Shown piece by piece: positions 28,693 to 37,169 of a stretch of 64,000 bases of DNA. The translations under genes and the position numbers were made by a program. Below the pieces are notes generated by a model. That model ran no database searches, was not told where the DNA came from, and saw only the letters and a list, made by a program, of their open reading frames with translations. How positions within the stretch are numbered: the stretch's first letter is position 1; each line of letters starts with the position of its first letter. This DNA comes from Candidatus Woesearchaeota archaeon. GTDB lineage: Archaea; Nanobdellota; Nanobdellia; Woesearchaeales; 0-14-0-80-44-23. The DNA lies in contig JAVZCZ010000001.1 in NCBI GenBank assembly GCA_038874135.1, positions 768,001-832,000 of the forward strand, read 5' to 3'.

Positions 28693-30546
28693 ATGAAGAG
28701 AACAAGGATTTTTTCAATATTCTCACTGGCAATTTTTGTATTTGCTATGCTCTCAGTTACAACTTACGCTTCAAAAACAAATCTTCTGGCAGTTTCTGAA
28801 ACTGAGCACGGCCATGTTGGAAGCGTTGTGCCTCTTAACCTGGAAGTGCTTCCGGGAAGTGGGCGAATACTGATAAATACAGCCCCTCTCACAAGGCCGG
28901 ATACTCAGATTTCTTTTAGAATAGCCACGCAGATAGCCTGCGAGGAGGCAAATGTGGATTGTTCAACTCTAGACTTCATATACACTCTTGATTCCTCCTC
29001 GCCACTTGTTAGCGGGCCCAGTGCAGGTGCTGCAATTTCAGCCCTGGCATATTCTGAACTTAAGGGCTATCATATTAATGAGAATTATGCAATGACTGGC
29101 ACCATAAATGCTGGCGGCATAATTGGGCCTGTGGATGGAATTCGTGAGAAGGTGAGTGCGGCTTCCAGGGCAAATATAAGCCTTGTTCTAGTTCCTCAGA
29201 TAGAGTTCAGTTCTAGCTTAAACTTGAATAAGAGTCTAACTGAGAATTTAAGCAGTGAAAATTCGGATAATGAAAATATTGAAGAGTTTGGCGCTTCTAT
29301 AGGTGTTAGGGTTGTTAGGGTTTCTACACTATATGAGGCGCTTAGCTATCTAACCTCAGAATTTAAGTATGAGACGCCAGAAATCCTGAGGAATGCTGCA
29401 TATTCTGCAATAATGAAGAATATTTCTGAAGAGCTATGCGCTGAAACTTTGCAGCTTCTGAACACTTCAAGAGTTTATAATCTGTCTCAAGATTACCTCT
29501 TAGCTCTTAACCTTTCTCAGAAGGCAATGCTTGACTATTCAAAAGGCAGTTATTATTCTAGTGCGAGCAGGTGCTTCGGGGCTAATTTGAAGCTGAGAGG
29601 GCTTATCGCTTCTTCAGAGGCACCATATAGTGCTGAAGAAGTCTTGATAAGGTTTGATTCTGTTCTGTCAGCAATTCGGTCTGAGAGGCAGTCTCTTCCT
29701 AAGAGTTATGAAAGTTTGGAAGAACTTCAAGCATTTATGGTTACCTCTTCCCGACTGGAAGAAGCCTCTAAGTATTTAGACGATGCGAGGATTAACATAG
29801 TGGAGAAAAATTATACTGGTGCAATGCTTTCAATAACCTCTGCAGAGGAACGCCTTAAAAGCGCCATCTTATGGAAGAAGCTTTTTAACCTGCCCGGAAA
29901 AAAATTGAGCTTGTCAGAGCAGAAGCTTAAAAATGCGTGTATTGCCAAGATTGTGGAGGCTCAAGAGAGCTACCAATACGCCAACTTCATCCTTCCTGAC
30001 TATCTGAATTCTACTCGTGAAAAGATAATTTCTGCTCTTTCAAGCTTGAACAGCTCATACTATGCTGATTGCTTCTATCAGGCAGCTCTCGGTAAGTCTG
30101 AAGCCGATTCGGTTATTTTGCTTTCCAGTATGGAAGGTGAGAACCTGACCCCCTTCCTGGCTGCTCGGCTCAATGCATCAGAAAGGGAGATTTCTATTCA
30201 ACAGAAGGAGGGAATATTTCCGCTCATCAGTTTTAGTTATTATGATTATTCTTTATCTCTGAAGGAAGACTCCCCATCTGCGTCTATGTTATATGCAGGA
30301 TATGCCTTGGAGCTCTCCAAGCTTTCTCAATATTTCTTGTCTGATAAGAAAGTTCCTAGACAAATAATCCATTCTCTCTTATTAGTTATTTTGATATTTA
30401 TCGCAGGCGTTTCCTCGGGACTTCTGCTCTTTCTGGCATTTTCATCATTTAGAAGACGCAGGTTTAGAAAAGCACTGCAATTTAGCAAGGGTGAAGCTTT
30501 TAAAAAAACACCTAAGCATAAGGGTAAATTTCTTAGAATTAGGTGA
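28693..30546 (+). CDS. Secreted/membrane-anchored Lon-like S16 serine protease (no ATPase domain)
   Basis: SGPSAG, TGTINAGGIIGPVDGIREK (Ser-Lys dyad). Signal peptide and C-terminal TM. Confidence 0.85.
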   Translation: MKRTRIFSIFSLAIFVFAMLSVTTYASKTNLLAVSETEHGHVGSVVPLNLEVLPGSGRILINTAPLTRPDTQISFRIATQIACEEANVDCSTLDFIYTLDSSSPLVSGPSAGAAISALAYSELKGYHINENYAMTGTINAGGIIGPVDGIREKVSAASRANISLVLVPQIEFSSSLNLNKSLTENLSSENSDNENIEEFGASIGVRVVRVSTLYEALSYLTSEFKYETPEILRNAAYSAIMKNISEELCAETLQLLNTSRVYNLSQDYLLALNLSQKAMLDYSKGSYYSSASRCFGANLKLRGLIASSEAPYSAEEVLIRFDSVLSAIRSERQSLPKSYESLEELQAFMVTSSRLEEASKYLDDARINIVEKNYTGAMLSITSAEERLKSAILWKKLFNLPGKKLSLSEQKLKNACIAKIVEAQESYQYANFILPDYLNSTREKIISALSSLNSSYYADCFYQAALGKSEADSVILLSSMEGENLTPFLAARLNASEREISIQQKEGIFPLISFSYYDYSLSLKEDSPSASMLYAGYALELSKLSQYFLSDKKVPRQIIHSLLLVILIFIAGVSSGLLLFLAFSSFRRRRFRKALQFSKGEAFKKTPKHKGKFLRIR

Positions 30547-30574
30547 TTTTGATAAGAAAATATTTTTTCTTATA

Positions 30575-30648
30575 TGTTGAAAACCCATGCAAGCAACCCG
30601 AAGGTTGCTTGCCTGGGAAAAAGAGGTGATAGATCGTGATTTTTTCTA
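30575..30648 (-). ncRNA. Candidate small RNA (anti-SD motif + cUUCGg hairpin + U-tract)
   Basis: Minus strand reads GAAAG-TTTTAAATA promoter, then ATCACCTCTTTTT, CCCA-g-GCAAGCAACC-TTCG-GGTTGCTTGC-a-TGGG, TTTT. Confidence 0.45.
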
Positions 30649-30771
30649 CTATGTAGTGAAACTATCTAATATTTAAAACTTTCTGTTTTTTTCTATATTT
30701 TAGTAGTAACAAAATGGGGACGAATCTTTAAATAATTGTTAATTAAAGGTTTTTGAAGGAACAATAAAAAA

Positions 30772-31428
30772 ATGAGAATCGCTATTTGTGAAAGCTGCAG
30801 AGAGCATCCTGCACAAGTCTCATTTAAATATTCACGAAGCTTGTGCTATAGCTGCTTCTCAGCACTGTTGGAAAGGAGATGCAGAATTGACTTAAGAAGG
30901 CACGAGTGTCTTGAACCCCTATTGAGGGCTGAGAGAGTTTTACTAATTGAGCAAACTGCTCTGGAAGGAATGGCAGCAGAGCAGTTTCTCCACAAGCTTA
31001 ACCCCAAATTAACAGTGTTTAGAACGCCCACTAAAAATTTTTCTCCTAATCAAATACTAAGCATTGCTAATGAAAAAAAAGCAAAGTTAATCGCGCTAGC
31101 GTGGAGCATTGAACGCGAATGTTCTCTTTTTTTAAAAGAATATTTAACAACACGAACTCAAAAGACAATATCTCAGCCATGCTTAAAATCTTCAGGAAGG
31201 CTGATTTTTAAGGTTTTTAGAAATGCAAGGATTGAAGAACTTAAGGCATACTTAAAATGTGAAAAAGTAAAAATCCCAGAATTTGAAGTGCCATCTTCTG
31301 ATAAGCCAATCTACAGAATGCTTTCACGAATGGAAAGGCAATATCCAGAAATAAAGTTTTCCCTACTCTCCTCAGCTGATAAACTTGTTAAGATCCGGAA
31401 AACTTTCGGAAAAGGAAAGAACATCTAA
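30772..31428 (+). CDS. Degenerate TtuA/Ncs6 (tRNA thiolase)-like protein
   Basis: N-terminal CESC...LCYSCF zinc finger and C-terminal MLSRMERQYPEIKFSL, but no SGGKDS PP-loop. Confidence 0.5.
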   Translation: MRIAICESCREHPAQVSFKYSRSLCYSCFSALLERRCRIDLRRHECLEPLLRAERVLLIEQTALEGMAAEQFLHKLNPKLTVFRTPTKNFSPNQILSIANEKKAKLIALAWSIERECSLFLKEYLTTRTQKTISQPCLKSSGRLIFKVFRNARIEELKAYLKCEKVKIPEFEVPSSDKPIYRMLSRMERQYPEIKFSLLSSADKLVKIRKTFGKGKNI

Positions 31429-31457
31429 ATTAATCCAATTTTTTCTATGAACAAGGT

Positions 31458-32441
31458 ATGCGCAGGATTCCGACAATTATCCTCTTATGCATCACTATAC
31501 TAACTGTAAATTTTTTTAAAAAATTCTCATATGCAAACTTTTTTGAAATAGTTGGCAGTGCAGTCCGGGATGAGGGAAGCATTAGTGTTTATTTCTGCCC
31601 AAGACAAGACTGTCTGGAGATATTTTTAAATATACTCTCAAGTGCTCAATCGGTAGAGTGTGCCCTCTACACCGTGTCACCTGAAGTTATAACAGCTATC
31701 CAACAAGTTCCACAACACACAATCTTGATTGACTACAAAACCTATCAGAGGCTTTCAGAAAAAGTGACAGACATAATTCCAGTTTATTCCGAAGGAATAA
31801 TGCACAACAAGTTCTGCATTATTAATAAAAGTATTTTAATTACAGGATCCTGGAATCCGACTCTAGCGGACTCTTTCAAAAACAATAATAACATGCTAAT
31901 CATTCATTCACAAAAAATCTCTAACAATTATGAAGAGAAGTTTAAGCAGCTTCTATTGAGGAACACACAGAGATATTCCCCTAAGATTAAACATAAAATT
32001 ATTCTCAGCAACGCCCTTGTTGAGAATTACTTCTGCCCAGAAGACAATTGTAGCAGAATTCTTATTGAAAAAATAAACTCTGCAACATCAACAATCTACT
32101 TTATGACATTCAGCTTCACTGAGGATTCTGTAGGAGACGCTTTGTTAAAAAAGAATTCGGCAGGAATTATAATCTCAGGAATATTTGATAGGCAGCAACT
32201 TTCCAATTTTTCAGAATATGAAAGACTACTAAATGCGGGAATAGATGTTTCAGCAGACTCTAACAAATACCTTATGCATCACAAGGTTTTCATAATAGAT
32301 AACTCAACAGTGATTACCGGAAGCTTTAATCCTACACAGAATGGAAATACAAAAAATGATGAGAACATCTTAATAATTCACAGTCGAGAGATAGCATCTC
32401 GCTATGTTGAAGAATTTTTAAATTTGAAAGCTGATAATTAA
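31458..32441 (+). CDS. Phospholipase D-family nuclease/phosphodiesterase, membrane-tethered
   Basis: Two HKD-type motifs (MHNKFCIIN...TGSWN; MHHKVFIID...TGSFN). N-terminal hydrophobic segment. Confidence 0.85.
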   Translation: MRRIPTIILLCITILTVNFFKKFSYANFFEIVGSAVRDEGSISVYFCPRQDCLEIFLNILSSAQSVECALYTVSPEVITAIQQVPQHTILIDYKTYQRLSEKVTDIIPVYSEGIMHNKFCIINKSILITGSWNPTLADSFKNNNNMLIIHSQKISNNYEEKFKQLLLRNTQRYSPKIKHKIILSNALVENYFCPEDNCSRILIEKINSATSTIYFMTFSFTEDSVGDALLKKNSAGIIISGIFDRQQLSNFSEYERLLNAGIDVSADSNKYLMHHKVFIIDNSTVITGSFNPTQNGNTKNDENILIIHSREIASRYVEEFLNLKADN

Positions 32442-32451
32442 AAATATTAAA

Positions 32452-33948
32452 CTATTTTATCACAACCATGTCGCTTCCAATGTTCTTAAGAAACTCAACT
32501 GCAGACTCCAACCTTTCCCTGTTTGAAGAATATAGTGTCAGGATTGGTTCTCCGACATTTACTTGACTGTCCACATGCTTATAGAGGTATATCCCTGCCA
32601 GCTTATCTTTGGGAGTTCCAGCTGCTCGGCACACCTGTGCAATGAGCTGGCTGTCAATGTGTGCTATCCTCCCGCTGTTATAGGCAGTCATCGTGTAGGA
32701 GAACCTTCCAGGGGAGAGCTCCTTCTCGTCAGGAACTCTTCCCCCCTGAGCTTCAATTATCTCCGTGAATTTTCTGAGAGCCCTTCCAGATTCAAGTATC
32801 TCCTTGGCAAGCTTATACCCCTGCCCTTTCTTTGCCTTTCCACCCATTTCTAACAGCTTGGCTGCCATCTTAAGAGATTTCTCTTTAAGGTCCAAAGGCA
32901 TTCCCGGCTTGTTCTGAAGTATTCTTAATATATCTCTCATCTCCAACAGGGCACCTATGCCATTGCCTATTGGTTGAGAACCGTCACTCAGCATAACCTC
33001 AAATTTTATATCCAGCGCCTTTCCAATCTCTACAAACATCCTTGCAAGCTTTTTCGCTTCAAATACACTTTCAACCTTAGCACCCTTCCCTACAGGTATG
33101 TCTATCAGCACATGAGTTGCAGAGACGGACTTCTTCTTAGCTATTATACTTGCCAACATCTGCGATGGAGAATCTATCCCCAGAGGATATTCCAGCCTAA
33201 TTATCGTGTCATCTGCAGGTGCCAGAGAAACTGCACCTCCCCAGACGATACATCCTCCAGTTTTCTGAACTATGCTCTTTATCTCATCTACTCCAAAGGA
33301 AACATTTGCTATGACTTCAATAGTGTCAGCAGTGCCGGCTGGACTGGTAATTGCTCTAGAGCTTGTTTTCGGGATTAAAAGCCCCGCCTCAGCCACTATT
33401 GGAACAACAATGGGCGTTGTCCTATTGCCAGCAACACCGCCTATGCAGTGCAAGTCAAATACGGGAGGCTCAAATTTTATCGTTTCCCCACTTTCAACCA
33501 TCGCTTTAGTAAGTGCAATGGTCTCCCTAAGCGTAGTTGGCCTCATGTAGCATGCAGCTATAAAATATGATATCTCGCTTTCTGAAAGGCGATTTTCAAC
33601 GATATCTCTGACTATCTGGCTCATCTCTTGAGGTGTGAGCTCCTTGCCTTCCATCTTCTTTCTTATCAACGACACTGACAGCGGCTTTCCTTCAGGCTGA
33701 ACCTCAACAATTTCGCCGCCCTTACATTTAAGTTTGGAAGCAACCTCTTCAAAAACAGCTATCCTGCCCTTAGGCACAAGCTTTTTGTTCTTAGCTATAT
33801 CAATTATTGCTACAACATCAATCCCCTGCTTCTTTATCAGAACTCTGTCGCCGTAGTGAAGGTCCAGTTTAACCGCATCACTCTCATTCAGCACTACTAT
33901 CGGTGCATCTCCAGTTCCTATGCCTAAAAGCATTGTTCTCAATTTCAT
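32452..33948 (-). CDS. AMP phosphorylase (thymidine phosphorylase family, archaeal long form)
   Basis: HCIGGVAGNRTT, KTSSRAITSPAGTAD, N-terminal extension. Confidence 0.9.
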   Translation of the reverse strand: MKLRTMLLGIGTGDAPIVVLNESDAVKLDLHYGDRVLIKKQGIDVVAIIDIAKNKKLVPKGRIAVFEEVASKLKCKGGEIVEVQPEGKPLSVSLIRKKMEGKELTPQEMSQIVRDIVENRLSESEISYFIAACYMRPTTLRETIALTKAMVESGETIKFEPPVFDLHCIGGVAGNRTTPIVVPIVAEAGLLIPKTSSRAITSPAGTADTIEVIANVSFGVDEIKSIVQKTGGCIVWGGAVSLAPADDTIIRLEYPLGIDSPSQMLASIIAKKKSVSATHVLIDIPVGKGAKVESVFEAKKLARMFVEIGKALDIKFEVMLSDGSQPIGNGIGALLEMRDILRILQNKPGMPLDLKEKSLKMAAKLLEMGGKAKKGQGYKLAKEILESGRALRKFTEIIEAQGGRVPDEKELSPGRFSYTMTAYNSGRIAHIDSQLIAQVCRAAGTPKDKLAGIYLYKHVDSQVNVGEPILTLYSSNRERLESAVEFLKNIGSDMVVIK

Positions 33949-33954
33949 CTTAAT

Positions 33955-35037
33955 TCACTCCGCTTCTCCTCGCCAGTATTCATCCTTGTATATCTTTAAA
34001 AATGTTGAGAAAAGGGCAAGTACTACAGGCCCTATAAACACGCCCACAACCCCAAAAAACATTATGCCCCCAACTGTTCCAAACATAACTATCAGTGGAT
34101 GAGTTTTTATCTTGCTGCCAACTATCTTAGGCCTGAGAAGATTGTCAATCGTACTAACTATTATGGCTCCATAAGCAAATATGAATATCCCATTTTTGAG
34201 CATCGCAATATTGTCCATGCTTATTCCCTTTATGACATGGTAAGCAGATATTGGAAGCCAAATTGCTACTGCTCCCATGAATGGAATCAGAGCTGCTATT
34301 ACTGTAAAGAATCCCCAGATGAGGGCTGCCTTGACACCAAACAGGTAGAATCCGAAAGCAGCTAACGCTCCTTGTACAACTGCTATAACTATGTTTCCAT
34401 ATATTACTCCATTCAGAGTCGTAATCACCCTCTTAGCAGCTTCTTTTTTATGACTCTCTTTTATCATCAAAGTGTCCCAAATGGATTTGTATATCTCTTC
34501 CGCATCTCTTAAAAAGAAGAACATGGTAAAGAATATTATGAAAAGGTGAAATGCAACTCCAGGTATTATTTTTATGAGAGAAGCAATGTTCTGAGTAATG
34601 AACGAAGTGAAGTTGGAGATCATCTCAAGTGAGATCTTATTGAATGGCTGCGTATACATAACCTTGCTGATAAGAGAGTAGATGGTGCAGGCTATCTTTC
34701 CATCATCTTTACACCCAACACCGGTATAGCTCTGCTCTATGAACTGTTGGACCACAGCATAAGAACCTGAAAGTTCACTGAGCAGACGATTTATAAGCAG
34801 AACTGATGGGACTGCAATCAAAAGAAATGCAAGCACACTCACAACTCCAGCAGATAAGTTCTTATTGTTAATCCTTCTAAGGATAAACCTGTAAAGTGGG
34901 CTGAAGGTGTAAGAGAATAAGAAAGCCATAAAAATGTCTACAAAAAAAGGTCTTACTATCAAAAAAGAGAGCACTGCCAGACTGCACAGAATGAATATTA
35001 AAAAATACTTAGAAGTGGCTCCATCCCTCTTTTTCAT
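33955..35037 (-). CDS. AI-2E family transporter
   Basis: LIPFMGAVAIWLP, IDNLLRPKIVG, GVFIGPVV. Confidence 0.9.
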   Translation of the reverse strand: MKKRDGATSKYFLIFILCSLAVLSFLIVRPFFVDIFMAFLFSYTFSPLYRFILRRINNKNLSAGVVSVLAFLLIAVPSVLLINRLLSELSGSYAVVQQFIEQSYTGVGCKDDGKIACTIYSLISKVMYTQPFNKISLEMISNFTSFITQNIASLIKIIPGVAFHLFIIFFTMFFFLRDAEEIYKSIWDTLMIKESHKKEAAKRVITTLNGVIYGNIVIAVVQGALAAFGFYLFGVKAALIWGFFTVIAALIPFMGAVAIWLPISAYHVIKGISMDNIAMLKNGIFIFAYGAIIVSTIDNLLRPKIVGSKIKTHPLIVMFGTVGGIMFFGVVGVFIGPVVLALFSTFLKIYKDEYWRGEAE

Positions 35038-35065
35038 CCTCGCATTCCCTTTCCTAGTTGAAAAA

Positions 35066-35138
35066 TGGGCCCGCCCGGATTCGAACCGGGGACCTTCTGC
35101 ACGTCAAGCAGACGTCATAGCCTCTAGACTACGAGCCC
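35066..35138 (-). tRNA. tRNA-Val(GAC)
   Basis: Reverse complement GGGCTCG...TCTGC-TTGACGT-GCAGA...GGTTCGAATCC...CGGGCCCA. Confidence 0.95.
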
Positions 35139-35225
35139 TCTTTCTAAAACAAACATTCCATCCTTATTTAAATATTTCGCCAAATATCAAAATGTTTAAA
35201 AATAACTGAATATGCTCTCCATCCT

Positions 35226-35311
35226 GCGGGGGTATCAAAGGCTGGTCAAATGAGCGGGACTTAAGATCCCGTCCCCTAGCGGGTTCGGGGGTTCAAATCC
35301 CTCCCCCCGCA
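35226..35311 (+). tRNA. tRNA-Leu(TAA)
   Basis: GCGGGGG...CGGGA-CTTAAGA-TCCCG, long variable arm, GGTTCAAATCC. Confidence 0.95.
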
Positions 35312-35356
35312 TTTAACCGATTGTTTTAAAAACAAAGCCAGATTCCAGGAGTTTGC

Positions 35357-35463
35357 GCCTCTGTAGCTCAGTGGTAGAGCGCCACCTTGGTATATTCCGC
35401 AGTCAACCCAGGCTTGGAATTGCAGAAAGGTGGAGGTCGCGAGTTCAATCCTCGCCAGAGGCT
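35357..35463 (+). tRNA. tRNA-Thr(GGT) with 35-nt intron at 37/38 (35393-35427)
   Basis: GCCTCTG...CCACC-TTGGTA[intron]A-GGTGG...GTTCAATC...CAGAGGC-T. Confidence 0.9.
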
Positions 35464-35969
35464 TACTTTACAAATCGGTACATGTTCAGAAAGCTCTTGA
35501 TTGTTGCTTCTATGTCTGCAGTGTCGGAGCTTACTATGTTCTCAAAGTGTTGAGTGTAGTTTTTATAGAAAAACTTGTCGTAAACCGTTCTCATAAAGAA
35601 ATAGAAAGGCGTCTGCTCCCACCTGCCTTCATAATCAGTTTCAAGATAGGAATCAACTTTTACTTCCATTTCACCCTGATTGAGTAAAGCCTTATGCCCG
35701 TCTATCTCAACTTCTACATCCTTAAGGTCTCGTATAATGATTTGAAGCCTTATTACAGATTTGGCATAATCACTCATCTTCTTGAAAGGCATCATGTCTA
35801 TATCTATAAACTTGCCAGACTGTTTAACATGCTCTTCATTCTTTATCTCCCGCCTGTCATACCCTTTCTCTTTTAGCCATTCGTTTATTATCCTGTAAAG
35901 CTCGTTAAAGCTGAAGAGTCCAGAATACTTTATCACACGCCCCTGCACTACAGGCATCTGCTCTGACAT
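35463..35969 (-). CDS. Hypothetical protein, paralog of 35979..36491
   Basis: IKYSGLFSFNELY...TDYEGRW. SD AGGTGA. Confidence 0.75.
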   Translation of the reverse strand: MSEQMPVVQGRVIKYSGLFSFNELYRIINEWLKEKGYDRREIKNEEHVKQSGKFIDIDMMPFKKMSDYAKSVIRLQIIIRDLKDVEVEIDGHKALLNQGEMEVKVDSYLETDYEGRWEQTPFYFFMRTVYDKFFYKNYTQHFENIVSSDTADIEATIKSFLNMYRFVK

Positions 35970-35978
35970 TCTTATCAC

Positions 35979-36491
35979 CTACACCATGCTTCCAGTTCCT
36001 TCCATTCCGAGGTATGCCTTAACATCTTCATAAAATCTTAACACATAATAATAAAGAGGGTCTACATGCTTAAAATCCAAATCCTGTCTCAAAACATACT
36101 TGTCAAAGAACTCCTGCATTTTAATTAAGAATTTGCTTTCATCCCACAAAGTTTTTCCATACTCATCAGGATAATCAGTCTGAACCTTTCCTGAAAAAGT
36201 TATTATCACGCGGGCATCCTGCATCTTCTTCTTTTCCCCATCTTTTATAACCTCAACATCCCTTACGCCGTAAAAGTGAAATTCCACGCTTATAACATAC
36301 TTGACATATCCTGTGATTTTTTTTTCAGCCTCCCAGCTCAGCTCAATCTCAGGAGGCTTGTGCTTATACTTCCTTTCATAAAAATCAAAACCCTCATTTA
36401 TAAGCCAGTTAGACATGAACTTGTAAAGCCCATTTATGTCAAAGATGCCCTTATATTTCAGAACAGTGTTGGGAAGCTTTATCTCTCTCAT
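35979..36491 (-). CDS. Hypothetical protein, paralog of 35463..35969
   Basis: LKYKGIFDINGLY...DVEV...TDY. Confidence 0.75.
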   Translation of the reverse strand: MREIKLPNTVLKYKGIFDINGLYKFMSNWLINEGFDFYERKYKHKPPEIELSWEAEKKITGYVKYVISVEFHFYGVRDVEVIKDGEKKKMQDARVIITFSGKVQTDYPDEYGKTLWDESKFLIKMQEFFDKYVLRQDLDFKHVDPLYYYVLRFYEDVKAYLGMEGTGSMV

Positions 36492-36559
36492 CAAAACCCT
36501 TTAAAGAAAAGTTTGTTTATAAAAGTTTCCCTATTATTCCAGCAGTGCGCTTCGCATTT

Positions 36560-37102
36560 TTAGAGTTTACTTCTGCACTCAACGCAAACCAGCATGTCTT
36601 TTACTCTGTATAACTTCTTGGCAGGATTTCCGCAGAGCTCGCAAACTGAATTGCTAATTGTCCTTACAGGCTTATGTTCCTCTTCCCTTATCTCAAACTT
36701 TTCTACTATTAGATCAAAAAGCTCCGGCTGTATCTTTAAGATGTCCTTAATTGTCAGCAGCCCGATTATGTTCTGTCCGTCCACTATTGGAAGGTGCCTT
36801 ATGTTGTTGTCCCTCATCTTTATCAGAGCATTGTATATGTCGGCTTCAGGCCCTATTGTTATTAGCTTCTTGACCATCAGCTTCTTCACAGGAACTTTTG
36901 AGCAGTCAATGTTTTGAGCAACTGCCTTTCTGACAATGTCCTGCTCGGTTATTATGCCTCTAAGCTTCTTGCCCTCAGTTATTAGTAATCCCCCAACATG
37001 CTTCTGCTTCATTATCCTAGCACAATCGCAGATGCTGGTTTCAGGACTAACCGTTATGGGCTCCCTAGTCATTGCGTCGCATACCTTATACCCAGTTTTC
37101 AT
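36560..37102 (-). CDS. CBS-domain pair protein with C-terminal zinc ribbon
   Basis: GIITEQDI, IRHLPIVD, CELCG...CVEC. Confidence 0.85.
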   Translation of the reverse strand: MKTGYKVCDAMTREPITVSPETSICDCARIMKQKHVGGLLITEGKKLRGIITEQDIVRKAVAQNIDCSKVPVKKLMVKKLITIGPEADIYNALIKMRDNNIRHLPIVDGQNIIGLLTIKDILKIQPELFDLIVEKFEIREEEHKPVRTISNSVCELCGNPAKKLYRVKDMLVCVECRSKL

Positions 37103-37169
37103 TCTGAGATGAAGTAACCCTCAGATGCTTATAAAGATTATTATAAAATAAAACAACAATAAAAAAGGT

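Noticed and set aside
34934-35687. ORFs 34934..35209, 35353..35553 and 35430..35687
   Set aside because: They overlap well-formed tRNA genes or lie antisense to a real CDS.
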